A DNA stretch of 64,000 bases from a virus (taxonomy: Duplodnaviria > Heunggongvirae > Uroviricota > Caudoviricetes). Below the pieces are notes generated by a model, which saw only the letters and a list, made by a program, of their open reading frames with translations, ran no database searches and had not been told where the DNA came from. The stretch lies in the IMG/VR virus record IMGVR_UViG_3300002026_000032, positions 16,351 through 80,350 of that record. One strand, 5' to 3'. Positions 27,919-36,440 of the stretch are shown here, piece after piece (the stretch's first letter is position 1; each line of letters opens with the position of its first letter). Position numbers and translations under genes: made by a program.

Positions 27919-28031
27919 TGGATGATAGAAGTGTTCAGTGTCCTCGATGTGGTGGTTGGCTTGAGTTTGATTCAGATGGTGAATTGTGTGGATGTGATAC
28001 ATGTTCATACCCAGAGCAAGAAGATGAGTAA
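27918..28031 (+). CDS. small Zn-ribbon protein (37 aa)
   Basis: Not in the ORF track; sequence has CPRCGG...CGCDTC. Confidence 0.3.
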   Translation: MDDRSVQCPRCGGWLEFDSDGELCGCDTCSYPEQEDE

Positions 28032-28206
28032 TCGATGTTATATCTGTAATACTAAACTGGTTGACAATGGTCATCGATGTGATATGACAGTGACCCAGTC
28101 AAGCTATGGAAGAATGATACCAAGTCGAACTCGACATCACATACTGTATAAATGTACAGCATGTTTAATTAAGACAAGTACACCGTACAAATGTACAGGT
28201 ATTTAG
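28024..28206 (+). CDS. small Zn-finger protein (60 aa)
   Basis: Start re-set to the ATG at 28024; CYIC...HRCD...CTAC. Confidence 0.35.
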   Translation: MSNRCYICNTKLVDNGHRCDMTVTQSSYGRMIPSRTRHHILYKCTACLIKTSTPYKCTGI

Positions 28207-28238
28207 ATTCGTTTGTTTTATTTTATTGGAGGTTTAGG

Positions 28239-28763
28239 ATGAGTGTTTGTTTTAAAAAATGTACGATTGATGCAATGAAAACGATGCCGGTGTCGACTGG
28301 TATTGATCAGAAGGTTTCAATCAAGTTCAAGTTCATTGATCTGGATCTTGATGAGCTCACTGAATTGATTTGTGGGTTGGACTTTGATAGCAGATCTAAA
28401 GTCTCGTTTAGTGCTGCGGTTGATGTTGTTGGTGCCAATCGGTTTGTTCTTCCTCATGGATATCGAATGGACATCAACTTCATTGGTCGAATGGACCCTT
28501 TCATATCATTGGATGGTGAAGAGGTTAAGGGAACTGAAATGAGTATCCCATTCAAAGCGTTTGTGTCTAAGTCAACAGTTGTTCGTAAGTATGATGAACT
28601 GAACGATGACTTCCTCTACACAGTTATTCTTGACTGTGAGAAGGGTATCGACGGTAGACTTGATGGTGAACTTGCATACTTCCTTCGCCGTAAGATCAAA
28701 CGCAACAAGGTGACTTATGAAATCATCATGGGGGAAGACGGGGTTGATGATGCAAATAGCTAA
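28239..28763 (+). CDS. hypothetical protein (174 aa)
   Basis: Start re-set to the ATG at 28239, which follows GGAGG. Confidence 0.55.
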   Translation: MSVCFKKCTIDAMKTMPVSTGIDQKVSIKFKFIDLDLDELTELICGLDFDSRSKVSFSAAVDVVGANRFVLPHGYRMDINFIGRMDPFISLDGEEVKGTEMSIPFKAFVSKSTVVRKYDELNDDFLYTVILDCEKGIDGRLDGELAYFLRRKIKRNKVTYEIIMGEDGVDDANS

Positions 28764-29397
28764 TCTTGAGTTCCCCACAACATGCCCGGTTGGTTGTCAG
28801 GGTAAGCTTGAGTCATGGTATCAAGGTTGTTTATGTTCCAGATGTCCTGTATATAATGTGCCGGATATCGTGAGTGCTGATAGTTACAACCCAATATGGG
28901 CTGCTGAGTTTCATGCGTTCATTTATGGTGGCCCACAACCAAAGCTTCTATTCAATATCGTTGAATCGGATGAGCTATTGAATGATGCAGGATACAAATC
29001 TATACCAGAAATGACTATGGGATTAGCTAACCCAGTCGTATGGGCTTATGAGTTTGTAAATGAAACTGGTCGTGAATTTGATAACGATCGGGTGGTTGAA
29101 TGGTTTAAGGCTTCAATTGAAATGGGCCAATCCATCAAAGACTTCAACACCAAACTCAGAGATGCTGTAGTTGGATTCAACTACTCATTGAGGGATGGCG
29201 CTGATCGAGTTCTTGAATTAAAAGACAATGGATTTAGTTGTGCTATTACTTATGGTGATGACATCATTTGGGATTCAGAAAACAATGAGTTTGGTGATGA
29301 TGTCAATATCATCGTTTATAAATCAGTTGCTCGGTATGTCAACATACTTCATGACCGAATTCATGACTTAAATAAAGGCTTAGATGGAACCCCATAG
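28747..29397 (+). CDS. hypothetical protein (216 aa)
   Basis: Start re-set to 28747. Confidence 0.55.
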   Translation: MMQIANLEFPTTCPVGCQGKLESWYQGCLCSRCPVYNVPDIVSADSYNPIWAAEFHAFIYGGPQPKLLFNIVESDELLNDAGYKSIPEMTMGLANPVVWAYEFVNETGREFDNDRVVEWFKASIEMGQSIKDFNTKLRDAVVGFNYSLRDGADRVLELKDNGFSCAITYGDDIIWDSENNEFGDDVNIIVYKSVARYVNILHDRIHDLNKGLDGTP

Positions 29398-29406
29398 AAA
29401 AATATA

Positions 29407-29467
29407 TTGACTCTGGGATATGTTTGAGTGTATATTGGATCATCTAACCGGTGATCCAATTTTATTT
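29407..29467 (+). promoter_or_regulatory. PeSL-like element, copy 2
   Basis: Same TTGACT, 18 nt, TATATT, identical stem-loop and T-tract as at 27060. Confidence 0.55.
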
Positions 29468-29478
29468 TAGGGGATATT

Positions 29479-29856
29479 ATGACAAACTGTAGAGGTGAAT
29501 GTGATGCATGCGAATTGTTCTATCATAAAGCCGACTGCCTGGCTGGTCGTGGTGATGACCATTTCGTTGCATTGACTGTCGATAAGGCGCGTGAACTGTT
29601 GGTGGAGTCGGGACAATCTAAAGATGTCAAACGACAGTTGAAAGAGTTTATTGTTCGCAATGTTGGTGGTAAGAATGCTGATGAATATGATAGCATGAAG
29701 TTAGTTAGACGAAGATTGATTACAGATCATGAAATCCAGTTGGCTGAATACGATCAATTGATGGATTCCAAATTAAATGAGTTCGTTACAACATCAGATT
29801 CAATGTGGGAATCGATCAAGACCAAACTGAAATCTTTCGCTGGAGAAGTAAAATGA
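29479..29856 (+). CDS. hypothetical protein
   Basis: 125-aa ORF. Confidence 0.5.
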   Translation: MTNCRGECDACELFYHKADCLAGRGDDHFVALTVDKARELLVESGQSKDVKRQLKEFIVRNVGGKNADEYDSMKLVRRRLITDHEIQLAEYDQLMDSKLNEFVTTSDSMWESIKTKLKSFAGEVK

Positions 29857-30422
29857 AAGTTGAAAAGAGAAGATGCTCCCACTGTGGAGTTGAGTATACA
29901 TTCTATTTGTCGGGTGGTATCAGGGTTAAGAACAATGATGGGGTGTACTGCTCTGATTGTAAAGGTGTGATGATTGCGGCTCTCATGAGCGTTCCACGGA
30001 AATTCTACATCGCGGATGAAGATGTACCTGAATTATCATATGACGACATCATGGCAATCGAGATTAAACTTAAAGCCGAAGCCAAACAACATCATCGACT
30101 CGCGGTATTTAAAACTAGTGGTCATGTGTTTGATAGTTCCATGGGTAGTAATGGTTCATTCGGATATTCAATTAACTATGGTGAGTATTGGTTGACTCGG
30201 TGGCCGAACTCAGATCAGTATATGATCCATCGACAAATCTATGTTGATGCTAATACTGGCCTCAAAGATGATGGTACCCAACCAATTCAACCAGCGAAAA
30301 GATATGGAGCACCGGATAATAGTTATACCAGAGCTCTGGTCAATCAACCAGGACCAATGGCTAAACCATTAGGGGTTGTCTATGGAAGTAAACTTATTTT
30401 TAAAGGATCGACAGATGAATGA
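29853..30422 (+). CDS. hypothetical Zn-ribbon protein (189 aa)
   Basis: Start re-set to 29853, which follows GGAG; N-terminal CSHCG...CSDCKG. Confidence 0.55.
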   Translation: MKVEKRRCSHCGVEYTFYLSGGIRVKNNDGVYCSDCKGVMIAALMSVPRKFYIADEDVPELSYDDIMAIEIKLKAEAKQHHRLAVFKTSGHVFDSSMGSNGSFGYSINYGEYWLTRWPNSDQYMIHRQIYVDANTGLKDDGTQPIQPAKRYGAPDNSYTRALVNQPGPMAKPLGVVYGSKLIFKGSTDE

Positions 30423-30666
30423 CACGAATGACTTATGGGTTTTATTGATTCTACTTGCAGCACTTCAGCTGTCAGTGTTTTTCTTATTCTTTCATTGGTA
30501 TGCTGAGTGTGCCGAAGCTAAGAGAAGACACATCATATTGTTCTCTCTACCAGTATTCACCGTGATTATAATAGCTAAGTCAGTTAAAGGAATTTATTCT
30601 TACATCATGACCGAGTTTAAACAACCAATCCACGGGCTTAAATTATTCTTCGGTGGAAAGAAATGA
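30415..30666 (+). CDS. small membrane protein (83 aa)
   Basis: Start re-set to 30415; two TM helices. Confidence 0.45.
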   Translation: MNDTNDLWVLLILLAALQLSVFFLFFHWYAECAEAKRRHIILFSLPVFTVIIIAKSVKGIYSYIMTEFKQPIHGLKLFFGGKK

Positions 30667-30953
30667 ATCGAGTATATAAATATCCGATCGACTTACCAGA
30701 TATTCGATATAATGGAATATTGAAATTAGAATTGGATCTACCAGAGGGCGCTGATATATTGTCATGTGAACTTTATACTGAGCGTTTGAATGTGTGGGTT
30801 GTGGTGAATACCGATGAACATATCAAACAGAAGCATAGTATAGTTATCGCTTGGGCTGGGATTGATCTACCAACTTGGTGTACCAAACAAACGTTGTTGG
30901 ATAAATGTGTGGTTGGTTCCTTAGTCTATCATGTGTTCATCAAAATAGATTGA
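30663..30953 (+). CDS. hypothetical protein
   Basis: 96-aa ORF; last gene of the plus-strand block. Confidence 0.5.
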   Translation: MNRVYKYPIDLPDIRYNGILKLELDLPEGADILSCELYTERLNVWVVVNTDEHIKQKHSIVIAWAGIDLPTWCTKQTLLDKCVVGSLVYHVFIKID

Positions 30954-30956
30954 AAT

Positions 30957-30996
30957 AAAAATGGCTGGTGAAATTTTCACCAGCCATTGTTTTATA
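30957..30996. terminator. bidirectional rho-independent terminator between convergent blocks
   Basis: Perfect 13-bp palindrome AATGGCTGGTGAA/TTCACCAGCCATT flanked by A-rich and T-rich runs. Confidence 0.75.
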
Positions 30997-31086
30997 ATCC
31001 ACCATAGATCGATTTGAAGTTCTCATATGTAAAGCTGACCTTACAGATCCACATAATTCTAACTGTGCGCACAAGTCTAGATAAAC

Positions 31087-31524
31087 TCATGTGTACCCCT
31101 TTTTATTAGTAGAAGTTGATAACAGTCTGACTTCCGAATGAAAGTCTATCATTGATTTATTACTCCGGTAATATTCATCAATAGTCATGAAGTCATATTC
31201 ATGAATGAATAGGTTGCGACCGGTTGCTTCACATAGATTTATATCCCAATCAAATGTTGATTGAATCATTGGTGAATCATGAATCAATACTGATTCTATA
31301 ATTGATTGACCACATACACGACGCTCAGATAACTTAATGACATCATCAAAGTTAAACAATACAGCACCATTATTCACCAGTTCAATTGCACCAGTCCCAG
31401 GTATAACATCCGCGCGATTGATGAATGGTGTTGCTCTGATCTGTCCATCTTCTGTTGCGTTGAATAAGAACACAAATGTGTCTTTGTGCATCAACTTTGT
31501 TGCGACTCGTAAGTATTGATTCAA
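31087..31524 (-). CDS. hypothetical protein
   Basis: 145-aa ORF. Confidence 0.55.
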   Translation of the reverse strand: MNQYLRVATKLMHKDTFVFLFNATEDGQIRATPFINRADVIPGTGAIELVNNGAVLFNFDDVIKLSERRVCGQSIIESVLIHDSPMIQSTFDWDINLCEATGRNLFIHEYDFMTIDEYYRSNKSMIDFHSEVRLLSTSTNKKGYT

Positions 31525-31604
31525 TGAATTCCTCCTACTATATTAATTAAAATGGGCACCACAAAACTGTGATACCCACTATTATTTATTACATGACCTG
31601 ATGG

Positions 31605-32381
31605 TTATTTTATATTGATAAACGGAACCACATCGCCAGTCATTGTGGTTGGTAGTACCCCATTCCACCGGGATATGCTTTGGAGTTTCACATACTCAGC
31701 ACCACCTTGTTCTCTGATCGCCTGTGCTTGAATCTGAATTGATTTAGCTTCAGCCTCAGCTTTAGCAATCGTTTGTCTTGCCTCCACTTCAATCCTTTGC
31801 AAATCGTTTTCAGCTTTCAATGTCTGTTGGACTGCAGTCTGTTTGGCTTCAATCGCTTCATTAAACTCTTTGGAGAAGTCAAAGTCAACGATATTAAATG
31901 ATTCAAGGATGATACCATATTTTGCTAATGATGATGTCAGCTGCAGTTCAATATTGGACTTCACATCTTCCCGGCGAAGAATCAATTCTTCGGCTGAGTA
32001 TTTGGCAGTTACGGCTTTAAAAGATTCTTGGATCCGTGGGGCAATAATCTTATCACCAATAGTTGAAATCCCAACTTCACGGGTAAGTTTCAGTAACGAT
32101 TCATCGGTGTTGTTGAGCTTGTAGTTGACCACCACTTTGGATGAAACACGCTGAAGGTCTTTACTCGATGCATCACTCTTAGCCTCGACCTTCTCGGTTG
32201 TGACTGGAACAATCCCGAACTTTGTAAGACCAGGGATGTACCCCTGAAGACCGGGATCCACAACATCAACCGCCTTACCAAGCGTGAACTTAACCGCTTT
32301 GTTTCCTTCGGGGATGACTGTGCATCCGGTGAACATGATTGTAGCAAGGAACACCAATGTAAATACAAAAATCCGTTTCAT
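31605..32381 (-). CDS. SPFH/band-7 (prohibitin/HflC-like) lipoprotein
   Basis: Lipobox FTGC after a signal peptide; SPFH-like core followed by an Ala/Glu/Gln-rich coiled-coil tail. Confidence 0.6.
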   Translation of the reverse strand: MKRIFVFTLVFLATIMFTGCTVIPEGNKAVKFTLGKAVDVVDPGLQGYIPGLTKFGIVPVTTEKVEAKSDASSKDLQRVSSKVVVNYKLNNTDESLLKLTREVGISTIGDKIIAPRIQESFKAVTAKYSAEELILRREDVKSNIELQLTSSLAKYGIILESFNIVDFDFSKEFNEAIEAKQTAVQQTLKAENDLQRIEVEARQTIAKAEAEAKSIQIQAQAIREQGGAEYVKLQSISRWNGVLPTTMTGDVVPFINIK

Positions 32382-32473
32382 CTTTGAAACCTTTCATTTA
32401 ATTTTAAAAAATCAATATGATTACAGGGAGCAGACCATAACCATGAAATAAATATAGTTTATCATCTGATTGA

Positions 32474-32692
32474 TCAGTATGATATTTTTCCGCGGCGTAT
32501 CACTTTCTTTGGCTTATCAACTTCCTTGGCTCGATTAGCTATGATCGATGCTCTTCGTATTGGACATCGATGCTTCTCACAGTTGCCACCAAATTCATCA
32601 TTCGGGTTCTGATCATGTGTGCATTCATTATATCCATATCCATCACTAAACAAGTGCATACAACCAGTCATAGATTCAACCCAATTAGCCAT
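32474..32692 (-). CDS. hypothetical Cys-rich protein
   Basis: 72-aa ORF. Confidence 0.45.
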   Translation of the reverse strand: MANWVESMTGCMHLFSDGYGYNECTHDQNPNDEFGGNCEKHRCPIRRASIIANRAKEVDKPKKVIRRGKISY

Positions 32693-33023
32693 TGTGATTT
32701 TTCCGATCTACTCTAACTTCATTAATGGCTTGGATGATTTGTTTCTTATAACGAATCCAAATTGTTATAACAGCAAGTAAGATCATAGGCCATATAAACT
32801 TCAGCACTACCAGCACCACAGCGAGTATAATAGTCCATGATAGAATCATTAGTATTAAAGTGAATAGCCAATTAATTCCTATGACATCTTCGATTGGCGC
32901 CATAAGCCATTCTCGTACACTACTAGACACAATTGCTGTGATGATTAGTAATGATGATAGGATGTAAACACCAACTTTCCATACACTCCAAGTAAATAAT
33001 ACATTGATAATAAACTCACCCAT
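32685..33023 (-). CDS. integral membrane protein
   Basis: 112 aa with three predicted TM helices. Confidence 0.5.
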   Translation of the reverse strand: MGEFIINVLFTWSVWKVGVYILSSLLIITAIVSSSVREWLMAPIEDVIGINWLFTLILMILSWTIILAVVLVVLKFIWPMILLAVITIWIRYKKQIIQAINEVRVDRKNHNG

Positions 33024-33359
33024 TTAATTCTCCGGTTTTATAATTGTTGGTGGTGGACTCAACTTTACTTTAATCTCTTGACGAATTGATTCAGTGAATG
33101 AAATTCCTGGACCACGACCAGTAACAGTTGCACGTGGTGCAATTGGATTTTCTACTGATTCGCTGAACTCTGGATGATATAATCGAACTGATTCACCCAA
33201 CATTGTCATATCGATAGCTCTCTTAAGTTCGGCTTGGCTATCGAATGTTACTTCTAAAGTATAAGCAAATCGGTTAGTTCCGCGACCCAATGGAAACATA
33301 ACCCCACCCCGAAGTTCAGTTGGAGTCGACTTGGCTGAATGGATCCTCATATCTTCCAC
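33024..33359 (-). CDS. hypothetical protein
   Basis: 111-aa ORF. Confidence 0.5.
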   Translation of the reverse strand: MEDMRIHSAKSTPTELRGGVMFPLGRGTNRFAYTLEVTFDSQAELKRAIDMTMLGESVRLYHPEFSESVENPIAPRATVTGRGPGISFTESIRQEIKVKLSPPPTIIKPEN

Positions 33360-33652
33360 ACATTCTTTTGATGTATCATGATTCGAATCTCTTTCTTACC
33401 TTGACGACCCATGTTCAGATACAGATGAAGTTTCTGAACTGTATCACCTTTCGGTCCAATGAATGGACCTGGGTTCCCAATGAACACCCTCAAGTCAATT
33501 GTATCGCGAGTTTCATTGAATGCAAACTTCGAGATCTCAAACTGATTCGTTGGCATTGGCATCACCGGTTCGATACCTTTGTAGTTGTCACCTTCAAAAA
33601 ACATTTTAATATTGTAAATGATCGATTGACGTTCATTGTCATACATTAACAT
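33347..33652 (-). CDS. hypothetical protein
   Basis: 101-aa ORF. Confidence 0.5.
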   Translation of the reverse strand: MLMYDNERQSIIYNIKMFFEGDNYKGIEPVMPMPTNQFEISKFAFNETRDTIDLRVFIGNPGPFIGPKGDTVQKLHLYLNMGRQGKKEIRIMIHQKNVWKI

Positions 33653-33657
33653 ACCCC

Positions 33658-34119
33658 TTAATCATAATCTTCAATTTCATTAAACTCATTAGTTCGGTCA
33701 TCACCTGAAATGATTGTCACAACTTCAACTTCAGGTTGAAGCATCAATAATTTATCAACACTTAATGATACTTCAGTGGTAGATAAAGCTTCAACAATAT
33801 CTTTGATTGATTCTGTCGAACCAAGTTCATGTATTGATTGATTCACAATTCTCTGAAGTTTAATTAGAGACTTCTGTAAAAGAGAATCCATCTCAGTTTG
33901 AAGCTTAGACACCATCTTCTTTTCCATGGTGTATGCAATCCATTTATATGATCCATTAACCATTACTCGATCAAATGAATCATTACTAACCCGAAGACTC
34001 CAATGGTCACGAACAATACTAATCATTGAACTTGTGGTTGGATCTTTGATCTCCTCATATTCATGAACAGCCCTAATAAGTTTACCATTTAAGATTTCGC
34101 CAAGTATTTGATACACCAT
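33658..34119 (-). CDS. hypothetical protein
   Basis: 153-aa ORF. Confidence 0.55.
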   Translation of the reverse strand: MVYQILGEILNGKLIRAVHEYEEIKDPTTSSMISIVRDHWSLRVSNDSFDRVMVNGSYKWIAYTMEKKMVSKLQTEMDSLLQKSLIKLQRIVNQSIHELGSTESIKDIVEALSTTEVSLSVDKLLMLQPEVEVVTIISGDDRTNEFNEIEDYD

Positions 34120-34243
34120 TAGTATACCTCTCCATTTTCTTCTTGACTAAACAGTCACCCATAATTATTTTTGTGAAAATCAAAATAACATAACCAAACC
34201 ATTCGTGATGCTATTCGCACCACTCAACCACACCAACAGGTCG

Positions 34244-34489
34244 TTATTCATCCTTCAGATACCCATTATCTTTGAACCAGTGGTACATTTTCATAAATTT
34301 CTGCTCACTGTTTTGTTTTGGATACTCTCTATTGTATGATGCCCTAAAAGCATCCCATAAAACAGTTCCCATTGGAAGTTCAGAAATAACTCGATCCATG
34401 TCTACTGATCTATAAAAAGGCTCATACATATCAACCATACCATAACCACTTTCGTTTGGTGATGATGTGCTCGCATTACTCGCAAACAC
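34244..34489 (-). CDS. hypothetical protein
   Basis: 81-aa ORF. Confidence 0.45.
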   Translation of the reverse strand: MFASNASTSSPNESGYGMVDMYEPFYRSVDMDRVISELPMGTVLWDAFRASYNREYPKQNSEQKFMKMYHWFKDNGYLKDE

Positions 34490-34501
34490 ACCAACTCACC
34501 G

Positions 34502-34753
34502 TTATTCAATGTTATCCAAAATGTCTTCTATTATGCAGATATTACTTAGCCCTGTCTCTGTATAAAAAAGTACTTGCTCATCGGTAAGTCTGATTCCTTT
34601 ACCGTTATGCACAATTATTAAGTCACACAAATTAATTCGATTATAACGAGATTTCTCACTTAAATACTCGTTAAAACGATCAGCATCAACTGTGTTATAT
34701 TGATCTACATCCATAACAACCTCCAGTTGGTGTGGCGGAGTACCACCAACCAC
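34502..34753 (-). CDS. hypothetical protein
   Basis: 83-aa ORF. Confidence 0.45.
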   Translation of the reverse strand: MVGGTPPHQLEVVMDVDQYNTVDADRFNEYLSEKSRYNRINLCDLIIVHNGKGIRLTDEQVLFYTETGLSNICIIEDILDNIE

Positions 34754-34760
34754 TTCTATA

Positions 34761-34994
34761 TTATAGTTTCAACTTACTTCTCATCCATTTTTGCACATCA
34801 TCTCGATGTATCACTTTTCTGATAAACATATTCATAGGAACAACTACATACCACGCAACAAAGAGTGGAATTATTCCTAACGGGGATTTTAGATGCTTAT
34901 TGACATCCTCAAAATCTTTCAGATAGAAGAAGGATAACACAAACCCAGCAAGATATAATATTCCAACCAAATCTGATGTGAACACTTGTACCAT
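34761..34994 (-). CDS. small membrane protein
   Basis: 77 aa with two TM helices. Confidence 0.45.
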   Translation of the reverse strand: MVQVFTSDLVGILYLAGFVLSFFYLKDFEDVNKHLKSPLGIIPLFVAWYVVVPMNMFIRKVIHRDDVQKWMRSKLKL

Positions 34995-34999
34995 ACTAC

Positions 35000-35116
35000 C
35001 TACTGTGTTGATATTTCTGAAATAGTACCCTTTAGAAAAACAACTTGACCTGTAGGCTCAAGATTTTGTGCTTGTATTGTACAAAACAAAAGCACTGCTA
35101 TAAGAATTGATTTCAT
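35000..35116 (-). CDS. truncated secreted paralog (38 aa) of the 22204-22431 product
   Basis: Not in the ORF track; signal peptide plus QVVFLKGTISEIS, which matches QVVFLNGKISEIS in the plus-block protein. Confidence 0.35.
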   Translation of the reverse strand: MKSILIAVLLFCTIQAQNLEPTGQVVFLKGTISEISTQ

Positions 35117-35620
35117 TTCATAACCCTTTCGGTTGGTTTGTCATCATTCCTCGGCAATCCACCGAGGCGTTATCTTGATTCTTGTAGCAACTGTAATGCA
35201 CAAGTTGCATTTTGACTGAGCGTCGAATATCTATTCGCCAAATACTTATGTTTCTCAAGTAACTCAGTAAACAGTTCAACCGTAATATTCCCACTTTTTA
35301 TTGCATCTTCATAGATAACCCATTGACCCATAATTCATTTTTTTTTTACTACAGGCAATAACCTGTTGGTTGCAGATGCCGTTCGTTCCTCACGCACAAC
35401 ACCAAACCGTTATAATGATCCGCTAAACAATTCTTTCCCATCAGAATCTTTCATCTCGAAACCGTGTGGAGAGCAACCCCGACTTCTGCTTCGGTGAGTT
35501 TGACTCATACTGGTATTCCCTTCAAGCAGGTGTTATCACAAATTTCAATGCAGTTACCTCTCTGGAGACTTTCGATGGCTACGAAGAATATAGTCAATGC
35601 CAGTAATTGAATGATAGTCT

Positions 35621-36076
35621 TCATACCAACACCCCAGCATTAGCTATTGCAGCTCTATCCATTATCAACCAGTGCACAAGATCAACCAAGGCATACTTGG
35701 CATGCCGCTCACTAACAAGCTTCAATGCTAGTTCATAAGTCTTATGTACATTCACCTGATCGGAGTTCAATGGATGAACCGAATTGATTTCATTTTGATA
35801 AGTCATGACAAACTCAGATGATACCGGTTCTGCTATAAAAGTTATGGGTTTAAGTGTCGATCCATCTATTATATCAGTAACCGGCATGATAGCCCCACCA
35901 TCTACTGGATTGAATGATATGTGGCGGGCCGTCTGTTCTTCGTTTCGACCATCAGGAAATCCATTTGGTGTATACAAGAATACCAGTGCTGAGTCTTCAG
36001 GATATTGATCTCGCGTTATCATATAATATCCATCCGGATATTTGATGATGTCAGTCAAGTCTTGAGTTGGTACCAT
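35621..36076 (-). CDS. hypothetical protein
   Basis: 151-aa ORF. Confidence 0.55.
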   Translation of the reverse strand: MVPTQDLTDIIKYPDGYYMITRDQYPEDSALVFLYTPNGFPDGRNEEQTARHISFNPVDGGAIMPVTDIIDGSTLKPITFIAEPVSSEFVMTYQNEINSVHPLNSDQVNVHKTYELALKLVSERHAKYALVDLVHWLIMDRAAIANAGVLV

Positions 36077-36154
36077 TATTTATTCCTTTCAAAAGAATTA
36101 TAACTACAAATTACATTATGGGAAATTAACTCTGCAAGGTGTTTGAGTGTGTTT

Positions 36155-36186
36155 TTATAAAAAAGGAGAACAATAAAGTTCCCCTC
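36155..36186 (-). terminator. putative rho-independent terminator
   Basis: On the minus RNA a stem GGGGAAC/GUUCUCC is followed by UUUUUUAU, 8 nt after the stop of the 79-aa gene. Confidence 0.45.
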
Positions 36187-36193
36187 AAGATAA

Positions 36194-36433
36194 TCAATGC
36201 ATGCTGCGGTAGTCCTCTAATGTCTCGGCGATCAAAATGAATCGACCGTCTTCCATTTCGGACTGGCGCCGTAGCCAGAAGTTATTTGTATCAATTTCCC
36301 AGTAGTCATAGAAAGGCTCCCGACAATACTCAAGAAGGACTTGTGGTCGAGGTGTGTCTGTAATTACATACACACCATCAGTCTTGACATGTCGAACCAC
36401 ATTCCCGTTGCTGAATGTTGGTTCCATGTTCAT
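36194..36433 (-). CDS. hypothetical protein
   Basis: 79-aa ORF. Confidence 0.45.
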   Translation of the reverse strand: MNMEPTFSNGNVVRHVKTDGVYVITDTPRPQVLLEYCREPFYDYWEIDTNNFWLRRQSEMEDGRFILIAETLEDYRSMH

Positions 36434-36440
36434 CTCGTTT

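Noticed and set aside
33024-33359. gp31/GroES-like co-chaperonin among the roughly 110-aa ORFs
   Set aside because: No resemblance to the gp31 or GroES mobile-loop or roof regions was seen.
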